Translations under genes and position numbers: made by a program
The notes under the pieces: generated by a model
Seen by the model: the letters and a program-made list of their open reading frames with translations, nothing else
Databases searched by the model: none
What the model was told of the DNA's origin: nothing
Shown here: positions 10,786 to 19,610 of the stretch, piece after piece
How positions within the stretch are numbered: the first letter of the stretch is position 1
Layout: every line of letters begins with the position of its first letter
Source: an uncultured Candidatus Binatia bacterium
Lineage (GTDB): Bacteria > Desulfobacterota > Binatia > UBA9968 > JAJDTQ01
Assembly: GCA_965213675.1 (NCBI GenBank)
Contig: OZ243916.1
Location: 3,616,001-3,680,000, forward strand
DNA length: 64,000 bases
Direction: 5' to 3'

Positions 10786-12129
10786 ATGGCTGTAATCGAG
10801 AGGAAGGACGAGCTGGAAGCGCACTTCCACGAGGCCGGCAAGCCGCGCGAGCAGTGGCGCGTAGGCACGGAATACGAAAAGGTCGGCATCGAGCGCGACA
10901 CGGCCAAGGCATTGTCCTACTCGGGCCGCCGCGGCGTCCGCGCCATTCTGGAAGGGCTCGCGAGCGACTACGACTGGGAACCGCAGCACGAGGAAGGCTT
11001 TCTCATCGGGCTGAAGCGCGGCAATCATGCCATCACCCTGGAGCCCGGCGGCCAGATCGAGTTGAGCGGCGAGCCGTGCGACGACATCCATTGCAGCAAC
11101 GCCGAGTTCTCCCAGCACATTCGCGAGCTCATCGACGTCGCCGGGCGATTCAACGTGGCCTTTCTCGGTCTCGGGATGCAGCCCTTCAGCCGGGTGGACG
11201 AGATCGAGTGGTTGCCCAAGCGGCGCTACCGCATCATGGGACCCTACATGTCCAGGGTCGGGACCCTGGGACACCGCATGATGAAGCAGACCGCCACGGT
11301 GCAGGCCAACATCGATTACGGCGACGAAAAAGACGCCATGGCGAAGCTGCGCACGACCATGGGACTGGCGCCGGTCATCGGCGCGGCGTTCGCCAATTCG
11401 CCCATTTCGGACGGCGCACCCAACGGGTTCAAGAGCTACCGCGGCCACATCTGGACACGCACGGACGCGGACCGGAGCGGGCTGCTGGAGTTCTGCTTCG
11501 CCCCCGACGCCAACTTTCACCACTACGTGGAATACGCCCTCGACGTCCCCATGTACCTCATCGTTCGGGACGGAAACTATATCGACATGACCGGAATCCC
11601 CTTCCGGCGTTTCCTGGAGCAGGGCCACCAGGGCCAGTACGCCACCATGGCCGACTGGGAGCTTCACCTGACCACGCTCTTTCCCGAGGTGCGCCTGAAG
11701 CACTACATGGAGTTCCGCTCCGCCGATAGTCAGGCGCCGGAACTCATGCCGGCGTTGCCGGCGCTCATCAAGGGTCTGTGCTACAACGCCGACTGCCTGG
11801 GCGCGGCTTGGGATCTGGTCAAGGGCTGGACCTTCGACGAGCGCATGACCCTGTACCACGACTCCCACAGGGATGGACTCGCCGCGCGTTTCCGCCGCTA
11901 CACCCTGGGCGACGTGGCCAAGGAAATGGTGGATATCGCCTGGGAGGGACTCGTGCGCCAGCGCGCGCTCAGCCGCCGCGGCGAGGACGAGACCATTCAC
12001 CTCAAGCCCCTGCGCGACCTTGTGCAACAGGACCTCTGTCCCGCGGACATCGTTCTTTCCAAGTGGCGCGGGGAGTTCCACCAGGACCTTCGCCGTCTCA
12101 TCGAGGACAGCTCGTACAAGCTGCCGTAG
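10786..12129 (+). CDS. gshA: Glutamate--cysteine ligase (GCS2, plant/alphaproteobacterial type)
   Basis: VGTEYEK, ITLEPGGQIELSG, TATVQAN, FANSP, HLTTLFPEVRLK and EFRSAD motifs. Confidence 0.88.
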   Translation: MAVIERKDELEAHFHEAGKPREQWRVGTEYEKVGIERDTAKALSYSGRRGVRAILEGLASDYDWEPQHEEGFLIGLKRGNHAITLEPGGQIELSGEPCDDIHCSNAEFSQHIRELIDVAGRFNVAFLGLGMQPFSRVDEIEWLPKRRYRIMGPYMSRVGTLGHRMMKQTATVQANIDYGDEKDAMAKLRTTMGLAPVIGAAFANSPISDGAPNGFKSYRGHIWTRTDADRSGLLEFCFAPDANFHHYVEYALDVPMYLIVRDGNYIDMTGIPFRRFLEQGHQGQYATMADWELHLTTLFPEVRLKHYMEFRSADSQAPELMPALPALIKGLCYNADCLGAAWDLVKGWTFDERMTLYHDSHRDGLAARFRRYTLGDVAKEMVDIAWEGLVRQRALSRRGEDETIHLKPLRDLVQQDLCPADIVLSKWRGEFHQDLRRLIEDSSYKLP

Positions 12130-12154
12130 GCGCGGCATGGCATGGCGGCATGGC

Positions 12155-12183
12155 TGGACTTTTGCCGTCCTTCACGCTAATAT
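12155..12183 (+). promoter_or_regulatory. Putative sigma70 promoter for the panBC leader
   Basis: TGGACT-17 nt-TAATAT upstream of the structured leader. Confidence 0.5.
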
Positions 12184-12255
12184 CCGGCTGATCTTTTCGT
12201 GGGTGTGACGGTCCACAGTTGACAGTCGACATGTGACAGTCCACACCAGCCTCTG

Positions 12256-12386
12256 GAGCGGTCAGGCAAGCCGGCCGACTCCACGACGGGGCAACGGGAA
12301 GACGCGTACTGCCGCTTGGATCCGGAAACGCCGGACCGAGACGGATGAGACATTCTGGCTCCCATCGTTTCCACGGTAGCGGGATG
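12256..12386 (+). ncRNA. Cis-regulatory leader RNA, probably the pan motif (two bulged stem-loops upstream of panBC)
   Basis: GAGCGGTCAG (12256) pairs with CTGCCGCTT (12309-12317); second structured segment follows; sits between promoter and terminator 5' of panB, the known context of the pan motif. Confidence 0.6.
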
Positions 12387-12417
12387 GCCTTCCGGATCGA
12401 TCCGGAAGGCTTTTTTT
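12387..12417 (+). terminator. Intrinsic terminator/attenuator in the panBC leader
   Basis: Perfect palindrome GCCTTCCGGATC|GATCCGGAAGGC followed by T7. Confidence 0.85.
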
Positions 12418-12502
12418 GTTTTGGCCTTATGTTTCGGCCTTTTTGTTTCGGCCTTGCCCATGACTTGTTGGCGGCCGCGATCAATACCGAGGAGGTCACC
12501 GA

Positions 12503-13306
12503 ATGGGACGGAAAATGACGGCGCCGGGAATCCGTGGCATGAAGGAACGCGGCGACAAGATCGTCTGCCTGACGGCCTATGATTACTGTTTTGCCCGCAT
12601 CCTGGACGAAGCTGGCATCGACCTCATGCTGGTGGGCGATTCGCTGGGTTCGGTGGTGCAGGGGCACGAGAGCACGCTGCCCGTCACCCTCGAGGACATC
12701 ATCTACCATACGCGCGCGGTGATCCGCGGACGCCGGCGCGCTCTGGTGGTTGCCGACATGCCTTTCATGACTTTCCAGCTGGGCGTGGACGACGCCCGGC
12801 GCAACGCCGGCCGGCTGGTGCAGGAGGGCGGCGCCGAGGCGGTCAAGCTCGAAGGCGGCGTGACCCAGGCGGCGGCCATCGAAGCGCTGGTGAAGATGGG
12901 CGTGCCGGTCATGGGACACGTGGGGCTCACGCCCCAGTCCGTGCACCAGTTCGGCGGCTACCGCATTCAGGGGCGCGGCGAGGCCGACGCCCGCGCCATC
13001 CTCGACGACGCGCTGGCGGTGGAAGAAGCCGGCGCGTTCGCCGTGGTTCTGGAGGGTATGCCCGTGCAGCTTGCCAGGGAAATCACCCAGCGTCTGACCA
13101 TCCCCACCATCGGTATCGGCGCCGGCATGCACTGCGATGGGCAGATCCTCGTGGTGCACGACATGCTGGGCCTTTTCGATGATTTCACCCCCAGTTTCGT
13201 CAAGCGCTACGCCGATCTCAAGGCCACCATCGGGGATGCGGTGCGGAGTTATATGGATGAGGTGCGGACCGAAGCCTTCCCGGCGGAGGAGCACGCGTAC
13301 CACTAA
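12503..13306 (+). CDS. panB: 3-methyl-2-oxobutanoate hydroxymethyltransferase
   Basis: [33 protein letters not shown] and GIGAG..CDGQILV motifs. Confidence 0.97.
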   Translation: MGRKMTAPGIRGMKERGDKIVCLTAYDYCFARILDEAGIDLMLVGDSLGSVVQGHESTLPVTLEDIIYHTRAVIRGRRRALVVADMPFMTFQLGVDDARRNAGRLVQEGGAEAVKLEGGVTQAAAIEALVKMGVPVMGHVGLTPQSVHQFGGYRIQGRGEADARAILDDALAVEEAGAFAVVLEGMPVQLAREITQRLTIPTIGIGAGMHCDGQILVVHDMLGLFDDFTPSFVKRYADLKATIGDAVRSYMDEVRTEAFPAEEHAYH

Positions 13307-14166
13307 TGCCGGCGTTGCCCGCGATACAGGCCACTCCCGAGATGCAGGCATGGAGCGAGCATGCCCGGCGCCGCGGGGAGCGCATCGTTCTGGTGCCCAC
13401 CATGGGCTTCCTGCACGAGGGTCATCTGAGCCTTGTGCGCGCGGGCCGCGAGCACGGCGAACGCCTTGTGGTCTCCATCTTCGCCAACCCGGCACAGTTC
13501 GCGCCGTCCGAGGATTTCGACAGCTATCCCAGGGACCTGGACCGCGACGTGCGCCTGCTCGCCGCGGAGGGAGTGGACCTGCTGTTCAACCCCACCGCCG
13601 CCGACATGTACCCGAGCGGCTATCAGACCTGGGTGGATGTGGAAGACGTCAGCCGACCGCTCTGCGGCGCCCACCGGCCCGGGCATTTCCGCGGCGTGGC
13701 CACGGTGGTGCTGAAGCTCTTCCACATCGTGCGGCCCCACGTGGCTGTTTTCGGACTCAAGGACTACCAGCAGGTCCGGGTGATTCGCCGCATGGTCCTG
13801 GACCTCAACGTGGACGTCGAAATCGTGGCGTGTCCCACCGTGCGCGAGCCCGACGGTGTCGCCATGAGTTCGCGAAATCGCTACCTGCAAAGGGCCGAGC
13901 GGGGCGCGGCCGCGTGTCTGCAAGGCGCGCTGGGCAAGGCCGAGGCGTTGGTGCGCGGCGGCGAGACACGCGCCGCGAAAATCCGTGACGCGGTAATGGT
14001 GGAGATCCGACGCCAGCCCCTGGCGCGCCTGGAATACGTGGAGCTGTGCGACCCCGAGGCGCTGACGCCGGTGACGGAGATCCACGGACCCACGCTGCTG
14101 GCCGTGTGCGCGTGGGTGGGCAAGGCGCGCCTCATCGACAACCGTGTCCTGTCGCGTTTGTCCTGA
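13306..14166 (+). CDS. panC: Pantoate--beta-alanine ligase
   Basis: VPTMGFLHEGH, RPGHFRGV, KDYQQ, AMSSRN and RLIDN motifs. Confidence 0.97.
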   Translation: MPALPAIQATPEMQAWSEHARRRGERIVLVPTMGFLHEGHLSLVRAGREHGERLVVSIFANPAQFAPSEDFDSYPRDLDRDVRLLAAEGVDLLFNPTAADMYPSGYQTWVDVEDVSRPLCGAHRPGHFRGVATVVLKLFHIVRPHVAVFGLKDYQQVRVIRRMVLDLNVDVEIVACPTVREPDGVAMSSRNRYLQRAERGAAACLQGALGKAEALVRGGETRAAKIRDAVMVEIRRQPLARLEYVELCDPEALTPVTEIHGPTLLAVCAWVGKARLIDNRVLSRLS

Positions 14167-14302
14167 GCGTGTGGAAACGCCCGTGACGAATGGAGGAAGT
14201 TGCACCGCTCTTCCTGAGCGTGCGGAAGCGCCCGTGAACAACGGCGGAACCTGCGCTGTTCGTCCTCAGCGCGGCGGAGCGCAGGCGGAGCGAGGTCGAG
14301 GG
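14161..14302. repeat. Degenerate tandem repeat, 51-bp period (2 full units plus a partial third)
   Basis: TCCTGAGCG at 14161 and 14212, TCCTCAGCG at 14263; units 1 and 2 share GGAA.CGCCCGTGA. Confidence 0.7.
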
Positions 14303-14345
14303 GTGCTCCACTTGAGTGACCTCGCCGATCAACCGGAGCTGTCCC

Positions 14346-14819
14346 ATGGCCGATAGCAGGAAAGCCGCGGAGAAGAACGTCACCGTCAACCGGCGCGCGC
14401 GCCGCGAATACTCCATCGAGGAGTCGTTCGAGGCCGGCATGGTGCTCCTGGGCAGCGAGGTCAAGTCGCTGCGCGACGGGCGCGCGAACCTGGCGGACAG
14501 CTACGCCCGCGTCGACAAGGGCGAGGTGGTGCTGGTCAACTCCCACATCAGCCCGTATCCGGCCGCCAACATGTTCAATCACGAACCCACGCGACCGCGA
14601 AAGCTGCTGCTGCACAAGCGCGAGATTTCGCGCCTTATGGGAAAAGTCAAGGAACGCGGCTTGACCTTGATCCCACTCAAGCTATACTTCAAGGACGGGC
14701 GCGCGAAAGTGGAGCTGGGCTTGGCCCGCGGCAAGAAACTTTACGACAAGCGCGCCACGGTCAAGGAACGGATGGCCCGGCGGGAAATGGAACGGTCCAT
14801 GAAGAGCCGTGGCGGCTGA
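14346..14819 (+). CDS. smpB: SsrA-binding protein
   Basis: NRRARREY, EAGMVLLGSEVKSLR, RKLLLHKREI and GKKLYDKR motifs; adjacent to tmRNA. Confidence 0.97.
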   Translation: MADSRKAAEKNVTVNRRARREYSIEESFEAGMVLLGSEVKSLRDGRANLADSYARVDKGEVVLVNSHISPYPAANMFNHEPTRPRKLLLHKREISRLMGKVKERGLTLIPLKLYFKDGRAKVELGLARGKKLYDKRATVKERMARREMERSMKSRGG

Positions 14820-14948
14820 GGGCGGAGCGACAGCCGTGGAGCGAAAGTCATGGCATTTTGTCGTGGGGCGTTTTGTCATCGGGCATTTCGGTCGGGTTAT
14901 CGCATCGGGCGAATCTTTCGGACCGGGTTCATCGGTTCGATTCTTTAT

Positions 14949-15298
14949 GGGGGCGAAACGGGTTCGACGGGGGTGGGAAGTCAAAGTGGCATGCCGGGGT
15001 CCTGCGGCCTCGTCAAAAACGCAGGACTGCAAGTAACTGCAGACGAACAAGAATACGCTCTGGCTGCATAGATAGCCAGCGTCTTGCCGGCTTTCTCCCG
15101 CGGGGCCGGACAAGGCGTCATTCAGCGGGATGGACCGATTCCTCTGCCGGAGGGGATGAGGTCGAGATCCAAACCGGCTGGTCGCGCAAGACCCTGTCGC
15201 CGGGGGCTTGGACGGCGAGACTCATACGGCGACTAAGCATGTAGTCACTTCTGGCGGAAAGCCTTCGGACGGGGGTTCGATTCCCCCCGCCTCCACCA
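14949..15298 (+). ncRNA. ssrA: tmRNA; tag peptide (A)ADEQEYALAA at 15039-15071
   Basis: 5' GGGGGCG pairs with 3' CGCCTCC-A-CCA including the G3:U wobble; GGTTCGAC D-loop analogue; T-arm GGGGGTTCGATTCCCCC; tag ending YALAA-stop; downstream of smpB. Confidence 0.96.
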
Positions 15299-15392
15299 AT
15301 CACCATGACGAATCGGACGAATTGCCCAGCGGCGACTCGTGGTTCTTCCCGTTCAACCGCGGCTGGAACGACGGGCCGGCAATCCCTCGAAC

Positions 15393-16004
15393 TCACCCGT
15401 GGCCGGGTATCCCGTCGTAAGCGTGCTCGCCCCAGACTTCCTTCACCCGGCGGTCCCGGCCGCAACTGAAGCGGTAGTAGCGGTAGCGGACCGGGTTCTT
15501 CGTGTAATAGTCCTGGTGGTAGTCTTCCGCGGCGTAGAACGGTTCGGCGGAAAGTATCGGCGTGACGATGGGATTTTCGACCCGTTCCTGCGCCGCTTTC
15601 TTCGAGGCCTCCGCCAAGGCACGCTCCTTCTCATTGCCCACGAAGACCGCGGTCTTGTAAGAGTCGCCGCGGTCGCAGAACTGGCCGCCGTCGTCGGTGG
15701 GATCCACCGAGTGCCAGAACGCCGTGAGCAGCGCCTCGTAGCTCACCTTGCCCGGGTCGTAGGTGATCTCCACCGCCTCGTAGTGTCCGGTGTCGCCGGT
15801 GGTGACCTGCCTGTAGGTCGGGTCGGTGGTCTTGCCGCCGGTGTAGCCTGAGACCGTCGAGACCACTCCGGGTATCTTGTCGAAGTCGGATTCGACGCAC
15901 CAGAAACAGCCGCCGGCAAACACGGCCTTGTGGAGTTGTTGCGCCCCCGCTGCGTGGGTGAGGAACAGCAGCGCCGCGGCAAGGATGAGCATCGTCGGCT
16001 TCAT
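15393..16004 (-). CDS. msrA: Peptide-methionine (S)-S-oxide reductase, exported (signal peptide)
   Basis: FAGGCFWC, GYTGG, GHYEAV, GQFCDRG and AEDYHQDY motifs; N-terminal signal peptide ending AGA. Confidence 0.94.
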   Translation of the reverse strand: MKPTMLILAAALLFLTHAAGAQQLHKAVFAGGCFWCVESDFDKIPGVVSTVSGYTGGKTTDPTYRQVTTGDTGHYEAVEITYDPGKVSYEALLTAFWHSVDPTDDGGQFCDRGDSYKTAVFVGNEKERALAEASKKAAQERVENPIVTPILSAEPFYAAEDYHQDYYTKNPVRYRYYRFSCGRDRRVKEVWGEHAYDGIPGHG

Positions 16005-16064
16005 GATCCACCTCCACATCCATCTAACCCGAATGCAGCGGCAGCCTCAAGCGGAAACCACACT

Positions 16065-16225
16065 AGTGTGGTGTCTGGTTAATACGCGACATAAACTGCG
16101 GGTCTTTTTCGCCGTCGGCTGCGTTGCTCTTCCTCGCGTGGTACCCGCCACTGCTCGTCATCGCGCCTTGCCGACAACAAAAAATCCTCCGCACATTATG
16201 ACGCGAATTAACCAGACACCACACT
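16065..16225. mobile_element. 161-bp MITE-like element with about 37-bp imperfect terminal inverted repeats
   Basis: AGTGTGGTGTCTGGTTAAT ... ATTAACCAGACACCACACT; partial copies at 16816-16914 (inverted) and 32554-32606. Confidence 0.8.
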
Positions 16226-16386
16226 CGTTCAGGACATTCATTCCATGCCGGCGACACAGGACCGCGCGGGGCAAGCTCCCGGGCCGAAGCGTGGCAACAG
16301 GCTTGAATTTTGTCCCGATCCTTCCTATTGTCCGGCAACGGCCCGCGACCGGCGGGCATGGCTGCACCAACCGAGGGAGCGATGTG

Positions 16387-16713
16387 ATGGGGGAACTGGA
16401 AGAGAAGATCGGAGCGGACTATCTGAGGCTCCTGGCAGCCCGGCAGCGTCTGACCGTCCTGGACGGAAAGGCCAAGAAAATGGCAGCCGACCTGAATATG
16501 GCGATCCAGGTCTTGATCGGCCAGGAGACGGGCCACATGGACGACAAAGGCGTCTTTCACGTCCATACGCGCGCGAAGAGCGGCGTGCCCCTGCGGCATC
16601 TGGCGTTGCCCACGATCAACGAGCTGGACGCGGTGGTGCGGTACAAGAAGAAGGCCAGGGAGGAAGTGGAAGTCCTGGAAAAACAGTTCAAGGACCTCGA
16701 AGCGAGATTGTGA
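16387..16713 (+). CDS. Hypothetical protein (108 aa, helical/coiled-coil ends)
   Basis: ATG after GAGGGAG; protein-like composition with a Lys/Glu-rich C-terminus, unlike the Arg/Ala/Gly-rich shadow ORFs. Confidence 0.6.
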   Translation: MGELEEKIGADYLRLLAARQRLTVLDGKAKKMAADLNMAIQVLIGQETGHMDDKGVFHVHTRAKSGVPLRHLALPTINELDAVVRYKKKAREEVEVLEKQFKDLEARL

Positions 16714-16815
16714 CGTTTCACATCAGCGACCGCGACGGACAACCGTCGACGTTGATACACGCGCCCGAGATCCAGCCATGCTCCAGTGCCGAGTTCCACG
16801 TCAATGTTGACGAGG

Positions 16816-16914
16816 GTGCGCAGGATGTTTCGTTGTCGGCAAGGCGCGATGACGAGCCGTGGCGGTTACCACGCGAGGAAGAGCAACGCAGCCGACGACG
16901 AACAAGACCAGCAG
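16816..16914 (-). repeat. Inverted, TIR-less copy of the MITE core
   Basis: GTTGTCGGCAAGGCGCGATGACGAG...CACGCGAGGAAGAGCAACGCAGCCGACG is the near reverse complement of about 16110-16180. Confidence 0.8.
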
Positions 16915-16951
16915 ACCTGGCTGACGGCAACTCTTGCGGCAGCGCATGGTC

Positions 16952-17893
16952 TTACGGCAGCGCATGGGAGGCGCCCTCTTTACGAGGTTTCCGGAAGCCC
17001 ATCCAACTCCACTGGTCCGGGTGGCGTCGTACCATGTCCTCGATTTCCCGAACGAACAGGCGAGCGTTGGCCCGCAGATCCGCTTCCCGATCCCCGGTAT
17101 TCACGAAGCGGATTTCGGGTTTGACGTGAAGCGTGAGGCGGTTGTCGCGGCCGCGCACCATGAAGACCGGGAGGACCGCGGCCCCCGTGCGCTGGGCGAT
17201 GGATACGGGGCCTTTGGGCGCGGGCGCGCGGCGTCCCAGGAAGTCCACTTCGACTCCAGCGGCCCGGAATTCGTCCGGCACGACCAGGACGATCCCGTTG
17301 CGCCGCAGTGCCTTGATGATACGCGGCACCGACTCGCGCCGGGGACGGGCGGAGATGACTCGGACCCCGACGCGCGTGATGTACCCGGTTTGCAGCGCGG
17401 CGAAACGCTCATCCCGGGGGAGCTTCAGGAGCACGCTGAAGTCATGGCCGTCGGCCGCAAGCCGCGGCCCGATCATGGGGAAGTTGCCGAGATGGGCGCT
17501 CAACGCGAGTACGCCCTGGTTCCGCGCCAGCGCGGCGCGGAGATGCTCCTGGCCGTCGATCTCTATGCGCGTGCGGATCTCGTCGTTCGTCATGTAGAGG
17601 GTGGCGAACGCTTCCAGGAAGCTCTGTGCGAAGTTGCGCCACGCGCGGTGCACTACCTTGCGGCGGTGCGTCTCGGTGGGCAACTCCTCGGCCATGGTCT
17701 GCGCCAGGGTGTCGCGCATGCGTTTCCGGTAGCGCCACAAGAGCACACGGCTCACCCGCTCAACGGTTCCGGCCAGGAACGGCGTCGCCCATCCGGGCAG
17801 CCAGCGCAGGCTGCCAACGAACGCACGAATCAGAGCCTCTCCGGCGCGGTAACGGGTATGGTACCACAGGCCCTTCCGTCGACCTTGTTTCAT
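16952..17893 (-). CDS. Lipid A biosynthesis lauroyl/myristoyl acyltransferase family (LpxL/HtrB-like lysophospholipid acyltransferase)
   Basis: SAHLGNF, VDFLGRRA..PKGP..IA and C-terminal HPDQWSW motifs. Confidence 0.8.
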   Translation of the reverse strand: MKQGRRKGLWYHTRYRAGEALIRAFVGSLRWLPGWATPFLAGTVERVSRVLLWRYRKRMRDTLAQTMAEELPTETHRRKVVHRAWRNFAQSFLEAFATLYMTNDEIRTRIEIDGQEHLRAALARNQGVLALSAHLGNFPMIGPRLAADGHDFSVLLKLPRDERFAALQTGYITRVGVRVISARPRRESVPRIIKALRRNGIVLVVPDEFRAAGVEVDFLGRRAPAPKGPVSIAQRTGAAVLPVFMVRGRDNRLTLHVKPEIRFVNTGDREADLRANARLFVREIEDMVRRHPDQWSWMGFRKPRKEGASHALP

Positions 17894-17950
17894 GGCTTGA
17901 CCGCCGTCCTGATGGTTTCACAAGCCTGTTCGTGACGCAGGACATTCCAG

Positions 17951-18022
17951 GGAGTGGCCACCGGTCGCCCCCACATGCGCCCGTGATGGATTCCAACCAG
18001 GGACGACCCGTGGTCTCCCTAC
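17951..18022 (-). repeat. Two GTAG/GTRG-type REP-like palindromes
   Basis: Minus strand GTAGGGAGACCACGGGTCGTCCCT (17999-18022) and GTGGGGGCGACCGGTGGCCACTCC (17951-17974); relatives at 54573 and 59019. Confidence 0.55.
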
Positions 18023-19215
18023 GAGACGCGGTTCGGCTGGCTTTCCTGCGCACCGACGCGACCCAGCGCGGACAACCCTTGGAGCCGGTGGACGATGCCG
18101 GGGACTTTGTCCGCGGCGAACGCTACTTCCTCCGGCGTGTTGTAACGGCTGAGACTGAAGCGGACGGCTCCCTGCAGCCAGCGCGGCGGCACCTTCATGG
18201 CGCGCAGCACGTGGGAGGGTTCCACCGAGCCTGCGGTACAGGCGGAGCCCGTGGAGGCGCAGATGCCGAACTCGTCCAGCAGCACCAGGATCGACTCGCC
18301 TTCCAGGTACTCGAAGGCGATGTTGAGCGTGTTGGGCAGGCGCTCCGCATGACCGCCGTTGACCCGCGCGCCCGGACAGGCGGCGAGAAGCGCGTCTTCC
18401 AGCCCGTCGCGCAGGGCGCTCAACTGCTCGCGTTCGGCGGGGATGTCCCGAGCGGTCAGCTTCGCGGCCTCGCCCATGCCCACGATGCCGGCCACGTTCT
18501 CGGTGCCGGCGCGCCGGCCGCGCTCTTGGTGGCCGCCGATGATGAATGGCCGCAGCGCGATGCCCCGGCGCACGTACAGCGCGCCCACGCCCTTGGGACC
18601 GTGGAACTTGTGGGCCGAGATGGTCAGCAGGTCGATGGGGGCGTTCTTCACGTCGAGGGCGATCTTGCCCGGCACCTGCACCGCGTCCACATGGAAGGGA
18701 ATGCCCCTGGCCCTGACGATCTCGCCGGCTTCCTGCACGGGAAAGACGACCCCGGTCTCGTTGTTGGCGTACATGATGGAGACCAGAGCGGTGTCGTCCG
18801 AGAGGGAGTCGCGCAACTCGTCCAGGTCCAGCCGGCCCTCTTCGTCCACCCCGAGCCAGGTGACGCGGTAGCCCTTCTTTTCCAGGTGCTGGGCGAGGCC
18901 GTGAACCGCGGGGTGCTCCACCGCGGTGGTGACGAAGTGGCGCTTGTTCGGCGCGCTCTCGAGCATGCCGCGGATGGCGGTATTGTCCCCCTCCGACCCG
19001 CAACTCGTGAACATCACCTCGACTTCGTCGGCGGCCCCCAGGAGCCCGGCCACCTGTTTCCGCGCGCGGTCGAGGGCGCGGCCGACACGGGTCCCGAAGC
19101 TGTGGATGCTGGATGGGTTGCCGTAGAGTTCCGTGAGGTAGGGCGCCATGGCCTCGCAGACCGGCGGCGCCACGCGCGTGGTCGCGTTGTTGTCGAAGTA
19201 GACGACGTCGGGCAT
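18019..19215 (-). CDS. nifS: Cysteine desulfurase, NifS-type
   Basis: YFDNNATT, YGNPSS, FTSCGSEGDN, SAHKFHGPKG (PLP Lys) and STGSACT..SVEPSHV (catalytic Cys). Confidence 0.88.
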   Translation of the reverse strand: MPDVVYFDNNATTRVAPPVCEAMAPYLTELYGNPSSIHSFGTRVGRALDRARKQVAGLLGAADEVEVMFTSCGSEGDNTAIRGMLESAPNKRHFVTTAVEHPAVHGLAQHLEKKGYRVTWLGVDEEGRLDLDELRDSLSDDTALVSIMYANNETGVVFPVQEAGEIVRARGIPFHVDAVQVPGKIALDVKNAPIDLLTISAHKFHGPKGVGALYVRRGIALRPFIIGGHQERGRRAGTENVAGIVGMGEAAKLTARDIPAEREQLSALRDGLEDALLAACPGARVNGGHAERLPNTLNIAFEYLEGESILVLLDEFGICASTGSACTAGSVEPSHVLRAMKVPPRWLQGAVRFSLSRYNTPEEVAFAADKVPGIVHRLQGLSALGRVGAQESQPNRVS

Positions 19216-19220
19216 GGCGG

Positions 19221-19550
19221 TCACACCACGAAGGACGCGCCGCACCCGCAACTGCGCTTCACGTTGGGGTTCTGGAACACGAAGGCCGCCTCCATCAGGG
19301 TTTCCCTGTAGTCCAGTTCGGTGCCCCCCAGGTAGAGCAGGCTCTTCAGGTCCACGATCACCTTGGCGCCTTCATGCTCGAAAATGCGGTCCGTGGGCTT
19401 GGGGACGTCGAGATCCATCTTGTATTGCAACCCGGAGCAACCCCCGCCCACGACCTTCAGGCGCAACCCCGTGCAGTCGCGCTCGTCCTGTTCGAGCAGC
19501 TCCTTGATGCGGCCGGCCGCGCTCTCGGTGATTTGGACTCCTGTGGCCAT
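19221..19550 (-). CDS. iscA: A-type Fe-S carrier (IscA/HesB family)
   Basis: GGGCSG and NPN..SCGCGASF motifs. Confidence 0.92.
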   Translation of the reverse strand: MATGVQITESAAGRIKELLEQDERDCTGLRLKVVGGGCSGLQYKMDLDVPKPTDRIFEHEGAKVIVDLKSLLYLGGTELDYRETLMEAAFVFQNPNVKRSCGCGASFVV

Positions 19551-19610
19551 GGCGTGTTCCCGTGCTCCGTGGGCGCGCCGCCCGGTGGGCGGGCCCGGTC
19601 TGCCGCCGCG

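Noticed and set aside
14161-14302. Possible mini-CRISPR array
   Set aside because: Whole units are similar with no unique spacers, only 2-3 degenerate copies, and no cas genes in the window
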